Shown: piece by piece, positions 43,701 through 55,972 of the stretch
Numbering within the stretch: the stretch's first letter is position 1
How the letters are laid out: each line of letters starts with the position of its first letter
Assembly: GCA_002189035.1 (NCBI GenBank)
Contig: NEEC01000029.1
Span: 186,001 to 250,000, forward strand
Source of the DNA: Utricularia gibba
Lineage: Eukaryota > Plantae > Magnoliophyta
Direction: 5' to 3'
DNA: 64,000 nt
Notes under the pieces: generated by a model
The model's input: only the letters and a program-made list of their open reading frames with translations
The model's database searches: none
What the model was told of the DNA's origin: nothing
Made by a program: the position numbers and the translations under genes

Positions 43701-43839
43701 ATAATGAATGATATCAATGAAGTGATTCAGAATCTGCAACTATCAATAATCAAAAGAATTGAACTGCACACAGAACTCAACAACGCATAGACACAACCTG
43801 AGTAACTACAGTATCAGAGGACATGATCAAAAACTCTTC

Positions 43840-44977
43840 TTAATCACTTTTGTTGGTGGCAGGGTTCCGAATACCTTATCCCAGAGAGAGGATGTGATGC
43901 CAAATCCCTTGTTTTGGATCCGGAAATGATGATTCAAATGATATCTCTGCATCAAAAAAAGTATGAGAAAAGGCCCCATGGATGCAGTAAAAAATCGGCT
44001 GGTCATTCAGTTCATCTACCTTGAGATTCTTGATCATGTTGCTGGATGGCTGTCCATGGTGGACATAATAATGTGTGATATCGTAGATCACGTAGCCGAG
44101 CAGGCCGCCGCCGAACAGTCCAGGTGTAGTTGCCGGAGTAGCCAAAGATTTTATCAAACTCCAGAACTACATTGTTATTGCGAGATGAGAAGAAATCCTG
44201 ATGTCACACAGTCGCTCTGAGCAGAAATGCTCAAGAGATGAAAGCCATGTGTCGTGTAAGAAACGCAAACATTCCCATAAGAAGGAAAAGTTGGCCTAGA
44301 AGGTGATCAGGAGAGTACCGGAAATAGGAGAACAGCCGTTGCAGCAGGAGGGAAAACAAGGCGGAGACCATCCATAGGATGTTTATGATGACAACCGTGG
44401 AGGAGATAATGCATTGTATTACCCCTGTGAGTCAGTAAATGAATAACCATGAAACATCAGAAAGATGAGGATCAAGAACTCTAACCAATATGTCTGTGTC
44501 TTGACATGGAAAAGGAAGCGGTGCAGGATATACTCGAGCAATGTCCACGCGACAATTCCAGATATTATCATTATGCAAAGCTCAAGAACTGTACAGCCTA
44601 GGACAATGGATCTAGAGAGGAACCACCCAACAACCGGGAGCCAAACCAGGGGAATGACCCACCAGTGCGTGCGGGTCAAAAACTGTTGGGCAAAGGAAGC
44701 AAAGTTCATCAATGAGTGAAATCATCTGGCCAAGATAAAGACTGTGTAGACACTGGTAACACCTCCAAAAAATCATTTTCAAAGAATCGTGGGCCTTCCT
44801 TCGTTGCAATAGGCTGATGAACCCATTCTTGGTATCCCTTGCCAAGATGGCCAACCTGTTCAGTTAAGTTCAATCCCGGATTCAGGTGAATGACCCCTAC
44901 AAAATCATCATCAAGGCACGCCCTACCTGAAACACGAGGGGTTTGTTGAAGTCCACTGTGAAGTCCTCTGCTACCAT
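43840..44977 (-). CDS. FAH: Sphingolipid fatty acid 2-hydroxylase, 6 coding exons
   Basis: MVAEDFTVDFNKPLVFQ|VGHLG...WVHQPI, LEYILHRFLFH, HYLLHGCHHKHPMDGLRLVFPP, THYYVHHG and YHLNHHFRIQNKGFGITSSLWDKVFGTLP. Confidence 0.95.
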
Positions 44978-45826
44978 TTTGGCACAGCAAATGCACTGTC
45001 AAAGTTGAAGAAAAAAACTCATGAATTGATAATGTGGTAACATTGTTCTTTGAGCATAATAATCTCGCAAACCAGAAGACCGAGATAAGTCAAATGACAA
45101 GATATTCGAAGCAAATGCAGTATCCTCAAGGGCAGATTCAGCGAGCTTCGTCTCATCAGGCTGATTCAAGAAAATCCAAGATCAAATAAATAATTGAAAC
45201 ACTGCGAATCAGATTCTTAGCCACCCAGCGAGAAACCCAAAAGTTTCAGACAGTAATAAAGAATCCGATGCGACTCAAGCAGAAGACAAAACTTTCATCC
45301 CGAATGATGACCTACCTACAACAATGCGGCTTAGAATCTTGGCGTGAAACAAGGTCTGGATGAATCCCAACTCCGAAAGGCAACTGTAAAATGGCTACGG
45401 CAGTTTGATTCCTGAGAGCAGAAATGGAATCTATGGGCTGAAGTAAGTATCCAGGTGGCGCCAGCGTGGCCGCAGGCCACACCATAAATAATTTAAAAAT
45501 ATAATTTTATTCATTAGTCACATTCAAACAAATCAGGCAATAAAAAATTATAATTAAATTTTTAGTAATCTTGCCTGAGAATATTTTTTAATTGTTCTCT
45601 GGTTGGTAAAAAAATGTGGAAATTCGAATTTTATCACGCGATTAAATAACCAATTAAAACTCAACAAATGAAAAACTATATTACAAAAAAGACCCCTGGA
45701 AAAATGGATATTCCATCTTTGCACCACAACAGATTCAACTCAACCAATATATATACAGCATAGTGATTCAGCTCACGGCGAGTGACAAAACTGGCTGACA
45801 ACGGCACCAGGCTCTGCGTCTCCATG

Positions 45827-48800
45827 CTACCTCTTCAGTTTCCTAAGCTCAGGAGGTACATCAACATCCGCATACTCACCGGTGATTCTGTCAAAAGCCA
45901 TTAGCAGTATGAGTGGAACATCACTCACGGTTGCTCAGATGGCCCAGTTTCCATTGTTTTCAAAAGAACTCAGACAAGCAGAGCAAGGAGCTTGACAAGC
46001 CTTTACCTGTTGTATGATAAGAAGGCATCACCAATTTGTCCTATGACTTTGTTTCTCACCTTCCGGACGCAAACCTGTGGTTTTCAAAGAGTGTTGAGAA
46101 AAGTCGAAATGGGAGTTGTTACCAATCATCTAGGAGATGCATACCTGCACAAGATCGATGGGGAGGGCATCCGGACCCCGGTTGCGATCCCAGTTACGGT
46201 GGATTACAATCCCATTGTCACACTTGTTGTAGAAGTGTGCACTGCCGCTGATGTCGTATAGGTTTGGGGTTCACCGGCCCAGCCATGTAACTAGATATAA
46301 ACCCCAGATTAGGGAAAACGACACCTGGTAAAGTGCAAGCTTGTGAGGTGGCTAACCTGTCTAGGGTGAGCCACGAACCATACATGGCAAGCATGGTGCT
46401 GGGCAAATCGTTTGATTCTTGTCAGCAATTGACTTATGTATTCTGTCTCAGTCCTGTTCTCTGTCATGTTAGATAAGGAAGATAAACTGAAACTTCAGAC
46501 TAGGCAAAGCTGACAGGACTCACTGATTGGAATGACGTTGATGATCTAGCTCATTGTATGGATCAATTACAAGTCCGTTGACACCATGACGTAGTACTGC
46601 GATTTTTGCCAGTTCAAGAACCCAATTGATACTTGGGAGGCAATCGTTTTCACACCTGTTCCATGACATGGTATCCAAAGAATTATACAGTGAAGCAGTG
46701 GATGAGGGGAGGGGAGGATGATATTTCTGGATGCAATTCATGATCATTATAGAACCAAACCCTGTAAAAAACATGGTGATTTCGACAAAACCCATGGTTC
46801 AGTAAGGCAAAACTTGGACATTTTTTAAGTGTGTGTGTGAATTAAGATGCTCAGTTCCATGCAGAGATCAGGGAACCAATTACCTTATAAGATAAAATGT
46901 ATCACTAAGCCACCTCTTTCCTTCCTGTAATTCCTCCACTGTCATCCTCTCGACATTCTCCCCATACCTAAAATCAAAGGAAAGAGCAATGCTGACTCTA
47001 ATCTGTGATAACGACAATCACCATGAGATTTGGTGCCCGCTATTGTATCTTATATTTATTGAACACTTGTTTGATCAATGAAGTACCTAATATTAAAGAA
47101 AGGCTTCCTAACATGTTTTTCCAAAAGTTTTCTTGCATGCTCGCGAACCTGAAAAAGAAAAAATCAACTAAAACGAATAAATAAACCCTCGTGTCCAAAC
47201 TTGAAACAAGATGTGCAAGATGGCAAATGAAGGTTCAGCTCTCAAGCTGAACGACCCGCCCTTTTTTTTTTTTGAAGGGCTCGATCAAAATGCGATGCAT
47301 AGATACTGACACACCGAGACAAATATGAGTGCATGTAGGAGGGTTCAAGATATCAGCATCACAATTTCAACTTCCCAACTCTCAAAATAAATGCAGGACG
47401 ATACCTTGTTTTCCATAGAACAAAGTGCGAATTTCCACCCAGCACCGTGGTTTATGTTGCATAGTAAAGCATCAATCCACTCACTCTTTCCAGAATTTGG
47501 AACCCCAGTTACAATAGTGAGTTCTCCAGGAACCACCTGTAACAGTTTTCAATGTTCAAAGAGGTGGAGTACGTAAGCACAACACGAACTACCCCCTTCC
47601 AAAGATGGAGACACCAAAAACCCTTGAACATTAATTATATGACCACGCAATCTTTGAAAAGGGGGTATACAATGTCAGAGGTGAACAAATGGCAAAGCTT
47701 ACACTTACGTTATACAATGAGTTAAGACCTGTCCACCCAGTTGAGACACCAAGGTCATAACCAAGGGCGTGGTTGTAATAGTCATCAATCTCCTTGAAGT
47801 AATCTTTGAAGTTGAACAACCCTTTTATAGGATAAAGCTCAGCTTTTTCGACAACTTCCTTTAGTGCTTCAGGTCCCATGTAAGTTAGCACCTGATTTAA
47901 AAAAGATAGATTACAATGATTTCCAGCAAAAACATGTATTCCAGGTCTATTGCACATTCAAAATACAAGCTCTGAAGGCAATACTGGCTCATGGTGGTAT
48001 CACATTTCCATGAAGAAGAACCTTTGGTGCATCAGCCATTTCAGCAATTTGTTTAACAATTTTGGAGTTAGAAAGATAATGAGGGTAGACAGAAAACCAT
48101 AATATCAAACCTCATTTGCATCCTTATAACTCTCAGTGCCATCTTTTTTTTTCGGCCATTTGATCCTCCAACATCTGAGAAAGAAAACGATTTCAGCTCA
48201 CTCCAATTTCAATTGCAATTTTTGCATGAAAAATGCAGACAAGCATCCTGATAACATGACCTTTCTCTTCCCAAACGCCTGGCAAGTTCTTCGGCCAAAG
48301 CTTGACCAGGGGGATCAGCATCAGTTGCTAAAATTATACGTGAAGCCTTAAATGAAAGATAAAACCAACAAATAATTTTTCCAGGTGTATCTGCATACAG
48401 AATTTAAAGATAGCAACATAAAAAATGATCAAACCTTATCTATGTAATCCTTGCAGTTCCACAAGTACTGATATTTGATGTCCTGAACTCGGAAAGATGC
48501 AAAACATTAAAAAAAATGGTGGTACTGTAAAATGAACGAGCTTGCAGCTCCAGCAGACTATGTAATGTGTCAGGATTGGTACTTTTTCTTCAGGGGGTAA
48601 TTCTTTACTGGACACCTTTGAAGGGGCACCATCAGGCACACTAACACAATTTCGAAAGCCAGCCTCTTCCATTGCGAGTTTGTCCATCTCACCTTCAACC
48701 TGAAATGAGATACCAGGCAATATGTATATGTTGTTTGAATCAATGATATGTAACAAGCAAAGAGATGCCATTACGATTATGATGTCACTTGCTTCCTTTA

Positions 48801-50775
48801 CATCATCCAGTCCATAAAAAATCTTCTCAGTATTTGCTTCCTGAATTAAGAGAATAATCTAAATGAATCACAAATACAAAAAAAAAAAAAACAAAAAATG
48901 AATGTAGAGAGCCTTAAGAAATTCGTCAGTAAACAGAAAATTAGCATTTAAAAATATCAAATTCACAACCTGAATAATTAGAAGAGCATACCTGCCAAAA
49001 TTTCTTTGCACTGTCACGATACTTGCAACCTATCAGTTCTTTGTTCCTTCGGTAGGTGAAGGCAATCACAATCTGAGGATAAGAAATTATTTTTATAAGC
49101 AGCAGACACCTTAGGCGCATTTCAACAGCACCTTTTGTACACGTCCAAACTATCTTATTTCATCAACCATTGGGAGCCACCCAAAGAGCATTTACAAGCA
49201 CAAAGAAGATTTAAAAGGCACATGGTACAGTAATGTCCTTAAAGAAAATGAAAACAAGACCCGCACCTGATCACCATGTTTTCGCTGCATGACAAAATTT
49301 CTCCTCAATGTTTCTTCTGATATCATGCGCTCAGAAAAGTACGAAAGTAGCTACGGGAAAAGGCCATAAGAGAATGAGAAGGCTGAAATGTGGCATATAC
49401 ACAGTTGGAAAGATATGAGACAAACTAGCCATAAAATGGTGAATTTATCACACCTCCAAATGAGCAGAAAAAGTAAATCAGCAGCCACAGTACAAAAGAA
49501 GAGCTAAATACAAAAAAAAAAAAAAAAAAAAAAAAAGATTACCTGAGGACCCAGTGGTTCAAGATTTAAATCCTCCTCCGAGATCACTCTGGATGGCTCC
49601 TTTGCTACAGTACCACTCATTGCAAAATATGTTGACTTTGCATCTGCAAAAGGCTGAAAACAAGGCAGGATGAAATTACGAGCAGAATAGCACCAAATTC
49701 TCAACGAATTTAACAAAAAAAAAAAACCTACACGAGTAGTGCCTTGCCACCCACATTTAGCTCGAAAACAGTTCCACACTGCTGCTCCCCTAAAGCGCAT
49801 ACAGAAATCAGAGATTCTAAAATCAGAAATACATAGAGAAAATCTCAAGATATCCACAGTAAAAAAATTACCAATCATCATCAATGCGAAGAGACAAACT
49901 CCGCTCATGTGAATCCCCACCTTGACACTACAAAATCAAGAAGTTTAAAGCTCAGTTTCGAACACTGTGCAGACTCTGCATTAAATTGCCGGAGAACTAA
50001 AAAGGTGTAACAAAATTCCCTATTCAGTAACTTTGAGATGAAGGTAACAAACAGCTACATAAAAAGGGGAAGAGGTACAAAGCAAGAAAGTGGATAAGCA
50101 AAAACACGTACCATTGGGCATAATAAACCATTGTATTGTCCCGGTTTGTAATCCATGCCATCAATTCCAATTTCTCGCAGTTTCTGACCTAGAATACTGA
50201 ACTTCCTACCGCAGTCCGCGGTCTCCATATCGACGCTAGAGACTAGATTTGATGAATCATCATCAAGGTTTAAAAAAAAAGGATTCTTTCATTCAAATTA
50301 GACAGCGTGCGTGAAATCGAAGACGATGACTATAATTTATACACGAAAAAACTAAAAACAGAAGCAGAAAACACCACCATTGTGACGGAAAAACTTGTCA
50401 GAAAACGCGGAAAAAAAAAACATTGAGGCAAGGCCGACCCAGAATGGCAATCAACTTAATGAAACGAAATTGAATCATAAAACGCTTACTAGGTCTCGGA
50501 ACTGGCATAGCAGAAGCAGAACGGTAGCACAGGCCCCTCTGAAAAATGAGAGGAAAGCGCCTGGGTGAAGCGTAACCGACGCTGCTTTTCCACCCAGTGG
50601 AACAAAAGAAGCGAGATTGAGAACGCCAAAGATAACAACTGTCCAAAAAGCGGTTCTCTTGCTCAGAAACACCTGGAAAAGGCTTGACGAAGAAATTCTT
50701 GGATTCCATGAAAGTAACTGAATGACTATACAATTTACGGCTACAAAACAGCTTCCTCTGAGGAGGCAGAAGCAT
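45827..50775 (-). CDS. TWINKLE: Organellar DNA primase-helicase TWINKLE, many exons, one apparent frameshift at 46266-46269
   Basis: Transit peptide, zinc finger (LLCPM|CQGG...WNCFRAKCG), TOPRIM (VEGEMDKL), Walker A VTGVPNSGKSEW, LVIDPYNEL, WFVAHPR and ISGSAHFYNKCDNG. Confidence 0.92.
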
Positions 50776-50951
50776 ATCTCTAGTTCGCAAGCTCAAAAAC
50801 AGAGGAAAAAAACCATGAAAAATGAAGACGAAATTGAGGTTCTCAATTCCATGAAAGGGAAGTGCAGTGGGTTTAGGAATCGTTTGTATCCCTCTGCTCG
50901 CGCGTCAGCTATTCGTTTTCTGCGCTTTCTCAATGGGCTGCGCCGCAGTAG

Positions 50952-51292
50952 TTCAATGGGCCCAAGAAGAAAGAACGTGGGTTGGGCCGTTAAACATTAC
51001 GCATGCTCAAAATGTGACGGCCACCAATCCTGCCCTCTCTTTTTCATCATACGAAAACCGAAGGGTAGAGCCAGAGATTACCATCAATGGCTTGCTGTTA
51101 CATAACAGTTTCAAGATTGTATGTTGGGAATGCTGTGATGAGATTGTATACCAAGTGTGGATACATCGAAAATGCATTTGTTATCAATAACACATCGTAT
51201 TGTTATTAAGTTTGGGTTTCAAAGAGATGTTCAGGTGAACAATTCATTGCTTGACATGTATGCAAAACAACGAGATATGAACTCTGCAGAAA
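50952..51292 (+). pseudogene. Chimeric stub: OMA1-like promoter and first 11 codons fused to two fragments of the neighbouring PPR gene
   Basis: 50952-51118 matches the 5' regions of both OMA1-like copies. About 51116-51183 matches PPR 56487-56553 and about 51185-51292 matches PPR 56765-56870. Mini-ORF 51087-51209. Confidence 0.85.
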
Positions 51293-51491
51293 TATGCATA
51301 ATCGACCGATCGATCGGTAACCGAAAAAATGTATCAATATTCATCAATTGATCACATTTATTAAGAAATCATATCACCGTCAACACGCCATTTTTGTTGC
51401 TCAGTTTAGGGTTTACCAAAGAAATCGATCGGTATACCAAAGAAATATGCAAATGATGATTGAAACAAATCGCAGTTTAGGGTTTACCTCA

Positions 51492-51716
51492 TCAGCCATT
51501 TTTTTTTCCCAAGCGGTACAGTGAAATACCGAGACCCACAGTAGTTGCGCCTGTGATGAATCCCCACAAAAAACTGGATAGGTCTTCATTTTTGTGGGAA
51601 GAGGGTGGTGTGGGACGGCATTGATTCGGATCAAATCGAACCGCTAATATGTCAACAGTCTCTCGGGGCTTCATGGCGTCGGTGATAGAAACGGCGACAA
51701 TATCTCGGGGCGTCAT
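51492..51716 (-). other. Orphan 74-codon ORF with a C-terminal hydrophobic segment
   Basis: MTPRDIVAVSITDAMKPRE...LSSFLWGFITGATTVGLGISLYRLGKKNG; no recognisable homolog. Confidence 0.2.
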
Positions 51717-51737
51717 GGCGTCGGTGGTAGAAACGGC
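51661..51737. repeat. Two-copy tandem repeat with a 42-bp period
   Basis: tctcggggcttcatggcgtcggtgatagaaacggc and tctcggggcgtcatggcgtcggtggtagaaacggc. Confidence 0.85.
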
Positions 51738-51807
51738 CGCCGGTGTCGTTCACCCTGTTGAAAAGGCGCAATGATGACGATAGTGTGTGTTCCAAGTACA
51801 TTTAAAT

Positions 51808-52011
51808 GATGGCCTTGGCGGGCAGAGGCGCGTGATGTGAGGTATTTCGAGGTCACGGTGGTGGGCCGTTGCACTTCAATGGGCCCTAACAAGAAAGAAC
51901 GTGGGTTGGGCCGTTATAACATTACACATGCTCAAAGTGTGACGTCCACCAATCCTTCCCTCTCTTTTTCATCATACGAAAACCGAAAGCTAGAGCCATA
52001 GATTACCATCA
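51808..52011 (+). promoter_or_regulatory. Duplicated promoter module of OMA1-like copy 1: primase-homolog 5' fragment plus three site II (TGGGCC) motifs
   Basis: 51808-51858 matches 55815-55865. The rest matches 62761-62912 and, in part, 50952-51086. Confidence 0.7.
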
Positions 52012-53452
52012 ATGGCTTCCTGTTACATAACAGGTTCAAGATTGATTTTGTATGGTGCATTCCCTCGAGACTCTGCCGCTAGAAACGACGTACCCGCAAA
52101 CCTATTTTTCTATCTCCGTTGTCGGCCGTGGAACCCCTTGTCCAGTTCTTCAAATGTGCTCCCAATTGGGCAACAGATTTTCAGAGACACTAGGATGCTG
52201 GCTACGAAAAGCCTATGGAAGAGCCATGATGCTGGTGGGTGGAAGAGATTTTTCGACGGCCGCAAGACACTCCTTAAGCACTTCGATAAGCCCAACGGAT
52301 GGTTCCCCATTGTTAGGGATACTTTGGTTGTAGTTGCCATGTTTGTCGCAGTCTCATGCGTGATCATCTGCCATGGGAAGGTGGTGACTACCCCTTATAT
52401 CAATAGAACCCAATATAGGCTTTTACCTCGTAGTTTCCACAGCACGGTCGCGGACATTGTGGTTGAGTGGAAAAAATATCAATACCGAGACCGAATTTTG
52501 TCTCCTCTTCATCCACTCAGTGTGGGTGTTGGGGCCATGGTACAGCGCATGGTTGATGAATTGCCCGAGGCGGGAGAGGTGCCCGTTTTGAGCTACTTAA
52601 GAAAGGCGATGGGGAGAGATACCAAGGATGATATTCTAGACGCATCAATGGGTAAGAGTACTGAGGTTGGTAATTTGGAAGGGGTGGCATGGGAAGTTAT
52701 TGTGGTTCATGATCTTTGTGTGAATGCTTATTGTTTAGCCAATGGTAAGATATTTATACATACCGGTATAATTGAGTGTTGTCAGACAGATGCTGAACTT
52801 GCAACTGTTCTTGCACATGAGGTAAAAAACAAACAAACATATTGGCTCTCTAGTCATATAATTACATGTTGGATTATGAGACATTTTTTATGTGCAGGTT
52901 GCGCATGTCTTCGCTGGCCACTTTGGCGAGGAGATGTTGTCGTTCATTATACACTACTTTCTTGAAAATAAACTTGCCATCGAAGTGGCTTCTGTGTTGT
53001 TTTATCTTCCACTTCTCCGAAGGTTGGTTATTTTACTACATTGTTGGAGTAGATAGGGAGATCCTTTACATCAACAAGTAACTTGTTTGGTTGCATGATA
53101 AGAGGGTAAATGACCCATTCTTGATGTTTGTAGGAACGAGATGGAGGCAGATCATATAGGGCTCATGCTAATGGCGTCAGCAGGTTACAATCCTCGAGCG
53201 GCTCCCAAATTACATAAGAGGATTGGGGGACGTTCAAAAGGCTATAAAGACTGCCTGGAAACTCATCCCTCAGGAGAGGAGAGAGCTGAAAATCTTTCCC
53301 GATACCAAGTTACGAACGAAGCTTGGGCCACATATACAAGAAGAAAAAGAAAGTGTAGAGGAGTCCACCCAAGGTCCCCCTATGCAAAATCTTTTTTTAA
53401 GGGAGCGTATGCTTGCATTCTTTGTGTTCTGGTGCTGCTGTTGGATGCTTAA
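52012..53452 (+). CDS. OMA1-like: OMA1-like mitochondrial M48 metalloprotease, divergent paralog 1, 3 exons, intact
   Basis: Exons 52012-52821, 52898-53022 and about 53134-53452. Motifs TPYINRT, LSPLHP, LEGVAWEVIVV, NAYCLANGKI, VLAHE|VAH (HExxH), EMEADHIGLMLMASAGYNP and THPSG. Confidence 0.88.
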
Positions 53453-53732
53453 CATATTTTCTTCGTGCCATTACATAGTTTATGAACCCCTGCAAGCCGC
53501 TTGGCTGTCTGCATGCAGCCTTTGTAGAGTGCATCAGCAACCTGATGACTAACAATGTCACAATTCACAAATAATTATAAATTTAAAATGAGTTAGAATC
53601 AAACGAACAACAATTTCTCCGTTCAAACTCGTTGAGTTGATGTCATCACATAGCATAGTTTGCCTACGGCTCCAGTATTCTAGAGATCACTAGAGTCTCC
53701 AGTGTAGATATGGTTCAACTACGGACAGCATA

Positions 53733-55852
53733 CTAAGCATTGCTGATGGTGTTGCATGGCTCTGCCTTTTGAATGGCTTCTCTCAAAGCTTCAGGGCCCA
53801 GAAACTGCAGAACCTGTGATTGAAGGACATAGTGAACAACACTGTTGGCCAACAGCTGTTTCAATCCAGCTGGTGAATCCAAATTAAGCAGAATTAAGTA
53901 AAGTTTTAACCTCGTTTGCATCTTTGAATGAACTGGAAGAATCCCTTTTTGGCCACTGGACTAGGAAGCATCTGCAGTGATCAACACAACAAGATATAGC
54001 GACCATTTTGATGGAGTGGCTGAAAAGAGATTGCGGTGTTCCACCTCTCCTTCCCTAGGCGGCAGCTGAGTTCCTGTGCTAGAGAGCGCCCTGGAAGATC
54101 CCCATCGGTTGCTAGAACAATTCGAGATGCCTGTAACAGATGGAATGAGAATGGTTGTTCATTTTCAAGTGCTCTGATTCAGATGTTTTGTTCAGGAAAG
54201 AACCTTATCGAAGTAGTGCTCACAGTTCCACAGGTACTGGAATCCGGTGTCCTGTTGCAAATTGGAAATGAAGCGATGAGTCAATACAAATGGAAGGATT
54301 TGCTGCAGCTTAAGATGTAAAGGTTCACCTTCTCCATTGCTGGCAGTTCTTTGAGTGAAACTGTTTGTGGTGCACCGGCAGGAACGCTGACACAGTTGCG
54401 AAAACCAGCTTCTTCGACAGAAAGCTTGTCCAATTCACCTTCAACCTACGAGCACCGAACTTCAAGATGATACAATACAAGGGATGTATTCACTAGAAGC
54501 AACTGATCATGGCCATTACAATTATGATCTCATCAGCTTCTTTGATGTCATCAAGTCCATAGAATATCTTTTCAGTGTTCTTTGCCTGCCAAAACCTCTT
54601 TGCGATTGTTCGGTATTTGCAGCCGACAAGGAGCCCCTCTCGTGTATATGTGAAGGCAATGATTTTCTATACCAAACAAACACATAGTCTCAGCTAATGA
54701 GTTGCACACATGATCCGCACCTGTTTCTAATGAAGTTCGATGTTGAAAGGAAACTGACCTCATCACAAACATCTTGCATTACATTGTTTCTTCTCAGTGT
54801 TTCCACAGATATCTTCCTTTCAGCAAAGTAAGCAAGCAACTGAGACATTCTCCATGAAACAACAACCAAAGATTAAGCAGCATCCTTCAAATTGATACTA
54901 ACAGCAAAGAGAAGACGGCCTTACCTCATTCCCTAAAGGTTCCAGTCTTCCCCTCTCAAACGCTAGCATTTGAGATGAATGGTTTTTCTTACCAGGTAGT
55001 TGTTCTCTATCTTCGAAAGATATCTACAAACAGGTTAAAAAAAGCTCATCTAAGCATATGCATCAGCGATGGAAAATCCAGATTTATGCAAGAAGCAGTG
55101 GCACCAAACACAATGGCATCAAAGATCAAGCAATAAGCATGGCCTTCACAATGCCTTCCTTAAGCGGAACAAGCCCGAGGCTCACCTTGTCCGCCCATCC
55201 GCACGATAAGTTGAAACATCTCCACAGTGCAAAACTCCTACAACAAGATACATTAGTCTAAAATCAGCATGAGGTGAAAACCATCACAACTCCAAAAATG
55301 CCACTTACAAATCCTGGGTGAGATGAAACGACAGCGTTTTCAAGCTCAAAGGTCCACCTTTGCACTACCCACAAGAATCATTATACACAAGAGTTTATGA
55401 AACTTGGAATGAATTTCCACAAGTTTTCCTGTAAAGAACTCATTGGAATAAAGAGAGATACCTTGGGGCAATACAATAGATTGTAGTTTCCAGGTGTGGA
55501 TGAGTCTACGTTCAGCCCCTGGGCCTCAAGTTTCGTTTGATGATCACCAACTTCCTCGGTCTCACCTACAATACAAAGAAACGAAAAAAAGTAAAGAGAA
55601 CGGAAATGCTGTCGTAGAAGGAGTCAGATTGCCACATATTTTATGATGAAAAGGAGAACCTGTTGATACAAATGGCCGCGATTGAGAAAAAAACCGGAAC
55701 CCATTACTGCGCACCGAAGCACTTGATGATGCCACAGACGAGAGCGACGGATAGCAGGGAAATCCTAAAGACTGCAATTTTGACGACGAACAGGTAGGTG
55801 AAAACCCTGGTAAGGATGGTCTTGGCGAGCAGATGCGCGTGATGTGAGGCAT
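53733..55852 (-). CDS. Primase homolog protein (TWINKLE paralog with zinc finger and TOPRIM, no helicase), intact
   Basis: Spliced in frame: ...LLYCPK|CKGG...|SFALWRCFNLSCGWADK|...|VEGELDKLSVEEAGFRNCVSVP|DTGFQYLWNC|ASRIVLATDGDLPG|...VLQFLGPEALREAIQKAEPCNTISNA*. Confidence 0.85.
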
Positions 55853-55972
55853 TTCGAGGTCACGGCGATGGCCACGCGGGTAGCGCGATGGATAAAACCG
55901 CTATTCAGGATAAATGGTTTCTTTTTTAAGATTGCTAAACCGTGGTTCTTCTTGACGGTATCGGAGTGAGAA

